DNA of 64,000 bases from Escherichia phage vB_EcoM_G37-3: the sequence record MK327941.1; one strand, 5' to 3'. The notes under the pieces are model-generated. The model saw only the letters and a list, made by a program, of their open reading frames with translations, searched no databases and was not told where the DNA came from. Positions 25,694 through 33,632 of this stretch are shown in pieces. The position numbers and the translations under genes are program-made. How positions within the stretch are numbered: the first letter of the stretch is position 1; the number at the start of each line of letters is the position of its first letter.

Positions 25694-26020
25694 TTAGAAA
25701 GAAACAGTTTTCAAGAAATCCAGATTTTTAGTACCGAAAACAGAAAAGTAGTGTTTTCCTTTTTCGGTTTTAGAGAAAGCGATTGTCTTCTCTACATGGT
25801 GACGGAAGCCAGACAGACGATCACCCAGGTCAAGGCGGCAAGCGTAAGTAGTGCCGTTTTCGAAAGTAACCTCGATTTGAGTTTTGTCATATTCGCTTTC
25901 ATAGGCTTTTGCTGCCGCGTCCTGTGCTTTACGCTCGAAGTCTTCGAAGTGGAATACTTCGTTTGCGTTAGCGAATACAGAAGATTCAGAGAAGATAACT
26001 TTAACAGATACTGGTTTCAT
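25694..26020 (-). CDS. Hypothetical protein (108 aa)
   Basis: ATG with RBS AAGGAGTATCAA and PeSL-type promoter. Confidence 0.5.
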   Translation of the reverse strand: MKPVSVKVIFSESSVFANANEVFHFEDFERKAQDAAAKAYESEYDKTQIEVTFENGTTYACRLDLGDRLSGFRHHVEKTIAFSKTEKGKHYFSVFGTKNLDFLKTVSF

Positions 26021-26052
26021 TTTGATACTCCTTAGTAGTTCGTGTTTCGTTT

Positions 26053-26081
26053 CGATGGGTGTATTATGCTATACACCCTCT
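26053..26081 (-). promoter_or_regulatory. Early sigma70-type promoter (PeSL-like cassette)
   Basis: Minus strand TTGACA, 17-nt spacer, CATAAT, conserved leader ACCCATCGAAACGAAACACGAAC. Confidence 0.5.
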
Positions 26082-26099
26082 CGCGTGTCAACAACTTTT

Positions 26100-26288
26100 T
26101 TAGTCTTTTTTCATAATTTCTAGAGCAGTTTCTACAGCACCTTTCCAACCTTCCCACATAATGGACATAGTAAGGAAGTTAAAGCACCCGCAGGAATCAA
26201 CCTTTTTAGAGATAAACCATTCTACAAACGCTTCGCTCATACCATGCTCTTTAGCGGATTCGCGTAATTGTTCAATTTGGTCTTCCAT
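26100..26288 (-). CDS. Hypothetical protein (62 aa)
   Basis: ORF in gene chain. Confidence 0.45.
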   Translation of the reverse strand: MEDQIEQLRESAKEHGMSEAFVEWFISKKVDSCGCFNFLTMSIMWEGWKGAVETALEIMKKD

Positions 26289-26310
26289 AGTATCACCTCA
26301 ACACTTAACG

Positions 26311-26505
26311 TTATTCAAACTCAAACGGTCTATTCAACCTATTGTAAAAGTACATATAACAAGCAAAATTATGCTTTGGCTGTACCGTATCAGATAGACA
26401 CGCTTTTACAGCCTCGCGGTCCGATGGGTCTACACCCTCAGCTTTAAGTAATGCTAAAATCTGGTTATAGCGTACTCTTAGTTGTACTAATGGTTTATCC
26501 CCCAT
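26311..26505 (-). CDS. Hypothetical protein (64 aa)
   Basis: ORF in gene chain. Confidence 0.4.
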   Translation of the reverse strand: MGDKPLVQLRVRYNQILALLKAEGVDPSDREAVKACLSDTVQPKHNFACYMYFYNRLNRPFEFE

Positions 26506-26514
26506 ATTACCCCC

Positions 26515-26742
26515 TTATAGTTGATCAGCAATGTATGCGGTGCATTTGCGGAGTTTAGCCATAGCACCACCTTTCATGTCGCTTGCGCCTACAATGTTCA
26601 TGATCTCTAAGCGATCAGCCGGATTCAGTCTAGTAGCCAAGATCTGGTTAGCCAGTTCCATTTTACCCATCTGCGGTTCCATCTCAAACATTTCACGCTC
26701 AAAGTCGATAATTTCTTTTGCTGCGTCTTTAAAGTTAATCAT
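26515..26742 (-). CDS. Hypothetical protein (75 aa)
   Basis: ATG with RBS GGAGGACCAAA and PeSL-type promoter. Confidence 0.45.
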   Translation of the reverse strand: MINFKDAAKEIIDFEREMFEMEPQMGKMELANQILATRLNPADRLEIMNIVGASDMKGGAMAKLRKCTAYIADQL

Positions 26743-26771
26743 TTTGGTCCTCCCGTTTCGTTGATGGTTGT

Positions 26772-26800
26772 ATTGTAGGGGAGTTATCCTCCCCTGTCAA
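26772..26800 (-). promoter_or_regulatory. Early promoter with spacer palindrome (PeSL-like)
   Basis: Minus strand TTGACA, spacer GGGGAGGATAACTCCCC, TACAAT. Confidence 0.6.
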
Positions 26801-26808
26801 CACTTTTA

Positions 26809-26994
26809 TCAGAAATATGCAATATAGTTTGCCAGTCCTACAGAGTCATCATTCGGCATTGCTTTTACCGCCAGTTCAAACCCTGCTTCAACTTTCTGTT
26901 TAGCGGATTCTTCGTTATAACCCCAGATGACCAGAATAGCTACTACGTTTTCTTTGCTTACTGCTTTCAGTGCTTTAGTGATGCGACGTGCCAT
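26809..26994 (-). CDS. Hypothetical protein (61 aa)
   Basis: ATG with RBS GGAGAATCAAATT and PeSL-type promoter. Confidence 0.45.
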   Translation of the reverse strand: MARRITKALKAVSKENVVAILVIWGYNEESAKQKVEAGFELAVKAMPNDDSVGLANYIAYF

Positions 26995-27040
26995 AATTTG
27001 ATTCTCCGTTTAAGAAAGTGTGTTTCGTTTCGATGGGTGT

Positions 27041-27069
27041 ATTATGCTATAGGCGTGATCTGGTGTCAA
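27041..27069 (-). promoter_or_regulatory. Early sigma70-type promoter (PeSL-like cassette)
   Basis: Minus strand TTGACA, 17-nt spacer, CATAAT, conserved leader. Confidence 0.5.
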
Positions 27070-27094
27070 CAACTTTTTTAAAAAATTTTAGGCA

Positions 27095-27125
27095 ATAAAA
27101 AAGCCACTCCGAAGAGTGGCTTATA
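27095..27125 (-). terminator. Rho-independent terminator
   Basis: Minus strand hairpin GCCACTC-TTCG-GAGTGGC followed by TTTTTT. Confidence 0.6.
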
Positions 27126-27271
27126 GGGAAGGTAGCGAATCTTCCTTATCTCCAACCTGCTAGCGGCCTAGCAAGTGAATGCTTTAGCGTACCGGATCAC
27201 CCCCATACGCTGTAATAAATGCGGCTAGGTGACGTCCAAATCATTCTAACCGCGCTGTCTTTAGTTCACTA

Positions 27272-27490
27272 TTATTTATATCGCTTTCTCTCGCGACGTT
27301 TTTGATCTTCTTCCTTGATAGAGTTAAACGCATCAAAAAGACACATGACACTAATAATAAACATAACCGTATTTTCTACGATATCCCACGGCTTCGCATC
27401 GGTACAGATTCCCCAAACTGTAAGAAATGCAAATAGTGCAGAAGAGATCACAAGCATGATACTTGCTAAGATATAAAAAGTCATTTTCAT
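27272..27490 (-). CDS. Small membrane protein
   Basis: Hydrophobic ORF with basic C-terminus KEEDQKRRERKRYK. Confidence 0.4.
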   Translation of the reverse strand: MKMTFYILASIMLVISSALFAFLTVWGICTDAKPWDIVENTVMFIISVMCLFDAFNSIKEEDQKRRERKRYK

Positions 27491-27681
27491 GGTTTTACCT
27501 CAATTCTTCGATATTCATCACACATCCACGCAGTAAGCAAGAATCCCAACACATAAGCAACAAAATACGTTAATGCTTCTTCTGGTTTCGTGCTATGTAT
27601 CATCAGTAAACCAGCGAGAACGGTCTTAACAATTGCATTTAAAATAATTAACCACGCAAATAATTTCATCGTTTGCCCCAT
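27487..27681 (-). CDS. Small membrane protein
   Basis: Hydrophobic 64-aa ORF. Confidence 0.4.
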   Translation of the reverse strand: MGQTMKLFAWLIILNAIVKTVLAGLLMIHSTKPEEALTYFVAYVLGFLLTAWMCDEYRRIEVKP

Positions 27682-27905
27682 TTCGGTCGAGTCTTTTCAA
27701 ACTTATACATTCCGTAACAATCTCGAATCATCCACGTAACAAGAGCACCAGTCAACACAGACAATACACAGAAGAAGTAAAACGGTCCGGTTGCATTATC
27801 AACATGAGCAAGCCAGGTAAAGAAAACACATGCAAGGAATGTAAAGAACATCATAAAACACAAGAAAGCAAAATATTTTATGCTACTCATAGCGCCACCA
27901 TACAA
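27666..27905 (-). CDS. Small membrane protein
   Basis: Hydrophobic 79-aa ORF. Confidence 0.4.
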   Translation of the reverse strand: MYGGAMSSIKYFAFLCFMMFFTFLACVFFTWLAHVDNATGPFYFFCVLSVLTGALVTWMIRDCYGMYKFEKTRPKWGKR

Positions 27906-27993
27906 CAGATCATAAGAAAACCCAACGCAATAAGAATTGCATCAAATTTAGTGAACTCAGATCCACCTATCAACATCATTCGTTCCTGTTCAT

Positions 27994-28236
27994 TCATAGA
28001 TCACAGAGCCATCTTAAAGCACCACATAAAGCGATCAAAAGACTAGGTATAAACGAGACTAAAACAAGACTACAAAAATCATCTAAGGTAACGCCGGAAT
28101 AGCTACCTACTGTAACAACACCGATCATCAGACACAGAAAGAAAACAAATGCAATCAGAAACAAAGTATTGCTAAACAGTTTAGTGATCATTAGACACCC
28201 CACGACGATCAATTTCAAAAACTTTTTTACCATCAA
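27994..28236 (-). CDS. Small membrane protein
   Basis: Hydrophobic 80-aa ORF. Confidence 0.4.
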   Translation of the reverse strand: MMVKKFLKLIVVGCLMITKLFSNTLFLIAFVFFLCLMIGVVTVGSYSGVTLDDFCSLVLVSFIPSLLIALCGALRWLCDL

Positions 28237-28384
28237 CGAAGCATGTCACAACTGCCTCGTTGACTTCCGCAAATTGTTGTGTTACCCACTTAAGGTCAGA
28301 GCGAAACAATGTTCTATTAATAACAAATGTTTTACCTTTCTTATCCATACCCATAAATTTTGCTTTAACCATATCCAATTCCAT
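28181..28384 (-). CDS. Hypothetical protein (67 aa), overlaps downstream ORF in another frame
   Basis: ORF with ATG; 56-nt overlap with 27994-28236. Confidence 0.35.
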   Translation of the reverse strand: MELDMVKAKFMGMDKKGKTFVINRTLFRSDLKWVTQQFAEVNEAVVTCFVDGKKVFEIDRRGVSNDH

Positions 28385-28552
28385 ATTATCACCTTATTTG
28401 CTAATCGCTAAACCCAATCCGAAGAGAGCACCCGATGCTACAGTATACCCGAAAGTTTCAAAGGAAGTAAAGATATCTAAGCCGCCAGCTAACAGAGTTG
28501 CTGTAAACAGAGTACCAGCTACGAACATAAAAGTTTTACCGATAAATTTCAT
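28385..28552 (-). CDS. Small membrane protein (about 55 aa) missed by ORF track
   Basis: ATG 28550-28552 with RBS AAGGAGAATCAAA and PeSL-type promoter; MKFIGKTFMFVAGTLFTATLLAGG... Confidence 0.35.
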
Positions 28553-28583
28553 TTTGATTCTCCTTTCGTTTGTTTGTGGGGGT

Positions 28584-28612
28584 ATCTTACTACCCCCGTT
28601 TCATGTTGTCAA
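28584..28612 (-). promoter_or_regulatory. Early promoter with palindrome around -10 (PeSL-like)
   Basis: Minus strand TTGACA, 17-nt spacer, TAAGAT within GGGGGTAG...ACCCCC inverted repeat. Confidence 0.55.
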
Positions 28613-28618
28613 CTATTT

Positions 28619-28991
28619 TTAAGAATATTTTACTTCGTCTACAATATCTTTCATGACATTGATTTCCATTCCGGTCAGAACACGTTGGAACATGTGCTGC
28701 ACATACGCTTTCAGGTATTCATTTGATGGCTTGCTATCGAAAGTCTTTTTAGTGTAGTAGTCATCACCGAAAGCTACTGTAATTACATTTTCGTCGTCGT
28801 TCCAAGCGATATAAGCAAATTTGCCGTTATCCCAGAAGCGAGCACTAATTGCTACTTTTGTTGAATCGAATCCTACTTCGCTGTGAGATTCAAGAACTAC
28901 TTGCGTGCCAGTTTCTTTATGAATGTAGTAGCGGGATACTAAGTCAAAGTTACGGGTGTAGTGACATTCAAATTTATCTTTAAACATCATC
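28619..28991 (-). CDS. Hypothetical protein (about 124 aa)
   Basis: Probable ATG at MMMFKDKFECHY with RBS AGGAGAATCAAA; track start 29062 lies in promoter. Confidence 0.45.
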
Positions 28992-29030
28992 ATTTTGATT
29001 CTCCTAAGTGTGTTTCGTTTCGATATGTGC

Positions 29031-29059
29031 ATTATGCTATAGTCGTTTATGGTTGTCAA
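29031..29059 (-). promoter_or_regulatory. Early sigma70-type promoter (PeSL-like cassette)
   Basis: Minus strand TTGACA, 17-nt spacer, CATAAT, conserved leader. Confidence 0.5.
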
Positions 29060-29062
29060 CAC

Positions 29063-29100
29063 CTAAAAACAAAAAACCCCGAAAATTTTTCGGGGTATAA
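29063..29100 (-). terminator. Rho-independent terminator downstream of 57B
   Basis: Minus strand hairpin CCCCGAAAAATTTTCGGGG followed by TTTTTTG. Confidence 0.6.
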
Positions 29101-29102
29101 AA

Positions 29103-29573
29103 TTACAGTTTGGTCGTCCACTCCAGGTCTAGATCTTCGACATACTCATGAGATCGGACAATCTCTAAATCGAACTCTAGGTCAGTGCCAAATTTACGCG
29201 CACCAACATCATAAGAAAGCGTGATATGCGGTACATATTCAGGATAATCCCACGTCGCACCTAAAGCAGTGCCGATATCGTGTCTGAATTGCATGTAGTC
29301 GCTTTCAAATGCCAACACAAGTGCATTAGTACCGGATTGAGTTTCAAACACTTTCAGATGACACAGAGAGCCTAAGAACTTCTCCCCTTCTTCTGGGATA
29401 AACGGAACATAGACACGAGAATATAAGATAGTGCTATGCAGTTTATCACGAGGAACGGCATTAGGCAGATCGTAGAACTCCTGCAATTTTTCAATGCGGT
29501 CTAGTGTATCCTCAGTGAATTTAACCGCCGCATATGTACCTTTAACGGATTCTCTAAACGGGGTCATAATCAA
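29103..29573 (-). CDS. 57B: 2H-phosphoesterase-fold protein, T4 57B/Acb1-like (anti-CBASS cyclic-nucleotide phosphodiesterase)
   Basis: Two H-x-T motifs (LHSTILYS, PHITLSY) typical of 2H phosphoesterases; position next to 57A and gene 1 as in T4. Confidence 0.65.
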   Translation of the reverse strand: MIMTPFRESVKGTYAAVKFTEDTLDRIEKLQEFYDLPNAVPRDKLHSTILYSRVYVPFIPEEGEKFLGSLCHLKVFETQSGTNALVLAFESDYMQFRHDIGTALGATWDYPEYVPHITLSYDVGARKFGTDLEFDLEIVRSHEYVEDLDLEWTTKL

Positions 29574-29836
29574 GCCTCCGTGATCAGTTCTACTTCCTCT
29601 TCTGCGTCTTCCGCTGCTTCGTCTTTAGGGAGAAGTGCTTTCACTTCTTCGACAATAGCATCAAGGGAAACAGTCCCGTTTTCGTCTGGCTGAATACCCA
29701 GAATGCGTACCAGTTCCATCAATACACGCTCACGATCTTTCAGTTGGCCTTCTAAGAATGCGGCCTTTTCTTGAGTGTCAAACAGACGTACTTTCAGGAC
29801 ATTAATCATTTGTTCATGCTGATTGGACATATTCAC
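29570..29836 (-). CDS. 57A: Tail fibre assembly chaperone gp57A-like
   Basis: Small acidic coiled-coil protein, syntenic with T4 57A. Confidence 0.6.
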   Translation of the reverse strand: MNMSNQHEQMINVLKVRLFDTQEKAAFLEGQLKDRERVLMELVRILGIQPDENGTVSLDAIVEEVKALLPKDEAAEDAEEEVELITEA

Positions 29837-29862
29837 ATCTCCTACTTGTTGATAACTTTTTA

Positions 29863-30519
29863 TTAAATGTTCGCGAGAATCGCGCTTTCAAATTCTTCTA
29901 ATGTACCATTATTTATGATAATGGTTTCACCGTCAATAGGCAAAATTCCTTTTTCGGTGGAGTGAGTCGATACAATACCAGTATCACGATGAATATGCAA
30001 CACCTTAGCACCCATAGCACGCATGAGAGCAATTTCAATAGGCTGACGCACATCAACCACTACAAAATACCCTTCTTCATTTTTGCGCTTCATAAACTCA
30101 TTCACGAAGAGATTACACCAATAAAGCGGATTGATCAAGTTAACCATTATATCAGTACCGAGAGTGGTTAACATGAGACGAATAGACCAGACGTTATTAT
30201 GTTTTTCGCCGATCTCATTAACGACCTTGTAAATCTCAGCCAGACGATCACAAGTAAAGGAACTACCGCCATACTTCGAATCTAGCATAAGCAGACACTG
30301 AATAAACCACTTATGCGCGGTATAGGTATCAATACCTAGATCGGCTTCTCTGTCACGCCCCAACCCGTCAAAGTCAAGATAAGTCAGACCTAAGTCTGGT
30401 TGACATTCGCACAATATTTCTTTGATCGGTGCTGCCAGTTGATAACTATGTCCATCAATGATTAACGCGGCAGTGTCTTTTCCTACTCGCTTTTTACCAC
30501 AAAGTGCAATCAATTTCAT
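29863..30519 (-). CDS. 1: Deoxynucleoside monophosphate kinase (gene 1)
   Basis: MKLIALCGKKRVGKDT P-loop and overall collinearity with T4 gp1. Confidence 0.85.
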   Translation of the reverse strand: MKLIALCGKKRVGKDTAALIIDGHSYQLAAPIKEILCECQPDLGLTYLDFDGLGRDREADLGIDTYTAHKWFIQCLLMLDSKYGGSSFTCDRLAEIYKVVNEIGEKHNNVWSIRLMLTTLGTDIMVNLINPLYWCNLFVNEFMKRKNEEGYFVVVDVRQPIEIALMRAMGAKVLHIHRDTGIVSTHSTEKGILPIDGETIIINNGTLEEFESAILANI

Positions 30520-30534
30520 TATATAAGCCTCTTA

Positions 30535-31125
30535 TTACTTTCTAAAAGCAGGGTGCATAGCTTTAATACCTTCCACCCTCTGACGATCCGCCGCCTGAAT
30601 TGCTGGGCGAGGAACGATCAGTTGACCATCACGTTCAATGCTCATTGTTTTAAAGGGAAGAATTGCAGTACACACCAGAGATTCATGCATATCATCGGTG
30701 TATGTTAACTCAAGTTCCCCCAATTGTGAACACCAACAACCATAAAAGTTAAAAGTGCACACAATGTTACGTCGTTCGTTGTCCATCATGTGAACTTGAA
30801 CGGCTTCCGGCATTGAATCCTTCCACGCAGTGGAGTTACCGTTATTGTAGTCTACTATAGAAAGCATCCATGTGTAAAGGTTTAGATAGCTTTCCAAATG
30901 CTCATCGACAATAAACCGGACTACCAACGGGTCAAACTCCACATGACTAGACGGATAATCAGCGACCGCCAAACCATATTGTCCAGCAACTTGCTTAGTC
31001 GGTGGAATGGTTATAGCCGGAAGTGTAACACCTTGAGCATTTAAAGTAAAGCCTTTTGTTAGTTGTCCATCTGGAATATTGATCTGCCAGTTGCTGGGGT
31101 TAGCATAGTTAAAGAGATTAGACAT
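30535..31125 (-). CDS. 3: Tail completion / sheath stabiliser protein gp3 (by synteny)
   Basis: ORF between gene 1 and gene 2 homologs; assignment mainly positional. Confidence 0.55.
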   Translation of the reverse strand: MSNLFNYANPSNWQINIPDGQLTKGFTLNAQGVTLPAITIPPTKQVAGQYGLAVADYPSSHVEFDPLVVRFIVDEHLESYLNLYTWMLSIVDYNNGNSTAWKDSMPEAVQVHMMDNERRNIVCTFNFYGCWCSQLGELELTYTDDMHESLVCTAILPFKTMSIERDGQLIVPRPAIQAADRQRVEGIKAMHPAFRK

Positions 31126-31315
31126 TACTGATTCCTCAAATGAAAATATTTATTAACAATTGTCGCTTTGCGACGTGCCGGAGGCATTGACTACTTTTTA
31201 ACCGAAACAAATTTTCTATTATTCTAAAGATCTTTCTTCGTTTTGGTTATGTTTTAACCAATAACTATATTTTTATACAGTAATAAATAAAACGGGTACT
31301 ATACGAGGACTTCTT

Positions 31316-31570
31316 ATGACAGAAGACATTTTGTTAAAACTCTATGATCGTCTGGATAACGAATTAGCAACATTGCGGGGTGAAGTTCTCTATTTGTCTA
31401 AATGCAATACAGATCTGCTTAAGCAGATTGCAGAAAGGGATGATCAAATAAAATCCCTTTCAGGTGCATTACGTGATCGCGACAAGGCATTAGAGATTTT
31501 ACAGCGTGTTACCAATAAGGAAGAATTAAAAGACTTCTTACATGGTTATGCTCATGCTATCGATCTATAA
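31316..31570 (+). CDS. Hypothetical coiled-coil protein (84 aa), plus-strand gene inside minus-strand block
   Basis: ATG with RBS GAGGA; ends at bidirectional hairpin. Confidence 0.4.
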   Translation: MTEDILLKLYDRLDNELATLRGEVLYLSKCNTDLLKQIAERDDQIKSLSGALRDRDKALEILQRVTNKEELKDFLHGYAHAIDL

Positions 31571-31574
31571 TAAA

Positions 31575-31600
31575 AAAGCCCGTCATTGACGGGCTTAATC
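31575..31600. terminator. Bidirectional hairpin terminator
   Basis: AGCCCGTCA-TTGACGGGCT hairpin; T-run on minus strand side. Confidence 0.5.
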
Positions 31601-32743
31601 TTAACTATTGATCATATCAATGACGTTTTGTAGCTCTGATATGGATAGCGTTTCTGTATATCCATCGGGCATATCTTCTTTACTAACATAGAAACCTTTA
31701 TACTTTTTCTTTATTGCACATTCCATAGAAAGAGCATCATCACCGTTATCGTATTTTTTATAAAATGTCAACTCATGACGAAATATAGATTTTGAAGATT
31801 GGTTTTGTATTCTTTTTATTAATCTGTTGTTGGTTATACCAAATTTTATAGCAACCGCAACATCTTCTTTGTATAAAGTTTGTACATAAATGTATGCAGG
31901 TTTATTCCTCTTAAATCCATGATTGCTACACATAGGGCAACCGCTATTTTTTGATACGTAGTCTCCTAAGTTTGGCGTAAATTCATGTCCGCTACTACAA
32001 CGCATTACCAATTTTGTTTTTAGCATTCCTCTATACTCACCGCCAACAAAATCAACAAATGTATCACCTTTATCAATCGCCTTATCTGTTATTTCCTTTA
32101 CTACTTGCTCAGTTGACTTCTTGTTTTTACCTGAACATAGTTTACATCTAGATCCATTAACTAAAAACGAGTGACCGGATGCAGTATATTCATGTCCATT
32201 AGGGCATTTAACTAAGATATTTCTTTCATAAAAATCTTTATAATCAGACACATAGTCAATGACTTCGTGGTCTTTTTGGTTATTCCTCATCTCTGTTAGC
32301 AACTCTTCGCTATTCCAGCGTTTACCCTTAACGCAGAGACAACCATGACCTTGATAAAGATATATAAATTTCTTAGTAAAGTTTTTGTTGCAATCAGGAC
32401 AATGCATTAGTAATTCTGTCATTTGACCTGTATATCCTTTAGGAATATCGATCAATGTGTATTTTCCGCATATTGTCTTTAATGCATCATCTATTCTTTC
32501 TTTGGTCCAGCGTAAGCGACCAGTGCATTCATGACATTTTACACCCAGTCTAAGAGTATCTAAACTAAATATAGTTGACGTATGTCCTTTATCACATTTT
32601 AACTTAAATCTAGTATCCTTTGCGTTGGTGTATTCTCCGACTAGACCATACCATTCATAACCACATGGGATATGTTCTTTTACCTTCTCTAGATATACAC
32701 CGAACGGTCTAGGAACTGAATTAGGTTTTCTTTCTTTAGTCAT
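31601..32743 (-). CDS. Multi zinc-ribbon protein with C-terminal GIY-YIG-like (T5orf172-type) domain; putative homing-endonuclease-like selfish gene
   Basis: At least six C-x2-C ... GH pairs; C-terminal AYIYVQ...IKFGITNN...GYTETLSIS resembles the T5orf172 motif pattern; inserted between gene 3 and gene 2. Confidence 0.55.
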   Translation of the reverse strand: MTKERKPNSVPRPFGVYLEKVKEHIPCGYEWYGLVGEYTNAKDTRFKLKCDKGHTSTIFSLDTLRLGVKCHECTGRLRWTKERIDDALKTICGKYTLIDIPKGYTGQMTELLMHCPDCNKNFTKKFIYLYQGHGCLCVKGKRWNSEELLTEMRNNQKDHEVIDYVSDYKDFYERNILVKCPNGHEYTASGHSFLVNGSRCKLCSGKNKKSTEQVVKEITDKAIDKGDTFVDFVGGEYRGMLKTKLVMRCSSGHEFTPNLGDYVSKNSGCPMCSNHGFKRNKPAYIYVQTLYKEDVAVAIKFGITNNRLIKRIQNQSSKSIFRHELTFYKKYDNGDDALSMECAIKKKYKGFYVSKEDMPDGYTETLSISELQNVIDMINS

Positions 32744-32761
32744 ATTTTTATATCCTGTAAA

Positions 32762-32785
32762 TTAAAGCGCCGTCACCAGCGGCGC
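32762..32785. other. Hairpin between gene 2 and inserted gene
   Basis: Inverted repeat AGCGCCG-TCACCAG-CGGCGCT. Confidence 0.4.
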
Positions 32786-32799
32786 TATTTTTATAATCA

Positions 32800-33621
32800 T
32801 TAAAACAATTTCCACACCTTACGAGCATCATATTTCTTGTCTTTGCTCATAAACTGGTAGGTCGGAAGATACACAACCGTGCTCCAATCTTTTGGTGCGA
32901 TCTCAATCAGTTTTGTTTGGATGTGTCCAGGCAAATATGCTTTGATCATGTGGTCTGCGCCTCTCATACCTTTAACATCACTCCATTTAATTTTTAAACG
33001 AGTTTTATTACTAAGAGTAGGTGTACTCGCGTATTGTCGCAACAACGCTTCTAAGAACTGCTGGCGAGCTTTAGGTGGCGCATAGTGCAAGTTCAAACCT
33101 AGCATAATCTCGTTTCCCGCTTTAGATGTACCAAATCCTAGACAGATAATCAAGGGGTATCGGTCAAAGAATGGCAAAGAATCCCGATATTTTGGGTTAT
33201 ACGCATAAGTATAGATCCGTCCCACTTGTGGTTTTACTACCTGATGACCTTTTACACCATCCTTGATGGTCTTCATAAACCACTCCTGTGATTTTTCTTT
33301 AGGACGACTCTTTGATACAGCACGCATAGACGCACGAAAATCATTAATCATCATCATTGCGCGTTGCTGCTTATTGAGACCCTTTGCGCCTTTCCCTTTT
33401 AGTTTTTCAACTTCTATTGCTGTTTTAATTTCGCTGGCATAACGAGACATACTTTTAGTGAAAGTCGCATAGGCTATTCCCTTAGAATCTGCAAATGCTT
33501 TAGCTGTCATTCCTTTGGCTTTTGCTTTCGCAAATTCTACACCCAATTCGACCCACTGTTTAGACTTTCGTTTTTTGGGAGACGGCTTTTCGTCTTCTGT
33601 GATTATTTCAAATACGCTCAT
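32800..33621 (-). CDS. 2: DNA end protector protein gp2
   Basis: 273-aa basic protein, syntenic with T4 gp2 (between genes 3 and 4). Confidence 0.7.
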   Translation of the reverse strand: MSVFEIITEDEKPSPKKRKSKQWVELGVEFAKAKAKGMTAKAFADSKGIAYATFTKSMSRYASEIKTAIEVEKLKGKGAKGLNKQQRAMMMINDFRASMRAVSKSRPKEKSQEWFMKTIKDGVKGHQVVKPQVGRIYTYAYNPKYRDSLPFFDRYPLIICLGFGTSKAGNEIMLGLNLHYAPPKARQQFLEALLRQYASTPTLSNKTRLKIKWSDVKGMRGADHMIKAYLPGHIQTKLIEIAPKDWSTVVYLPTYQFMSKDKKYDARKVWKLF

Positions 33622-33632
33622 AATATTATCCT

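Noticed and set aside
27100-27271. Possible tRNA gene in the non-coding gap
   Set aside because: No canonical T-loop (GTTCRANYC) or D-loop with appropriate stems was found on either strand; reported only as candidate small RNA.
31126-31315. Sigma70 or late promoter in the 190-nt gap upstream of ORF 31316-31570
   Set aside because: TTGACT and AATAAATA-like motifs are present but spacing and matches are poor; not reported as a feature.
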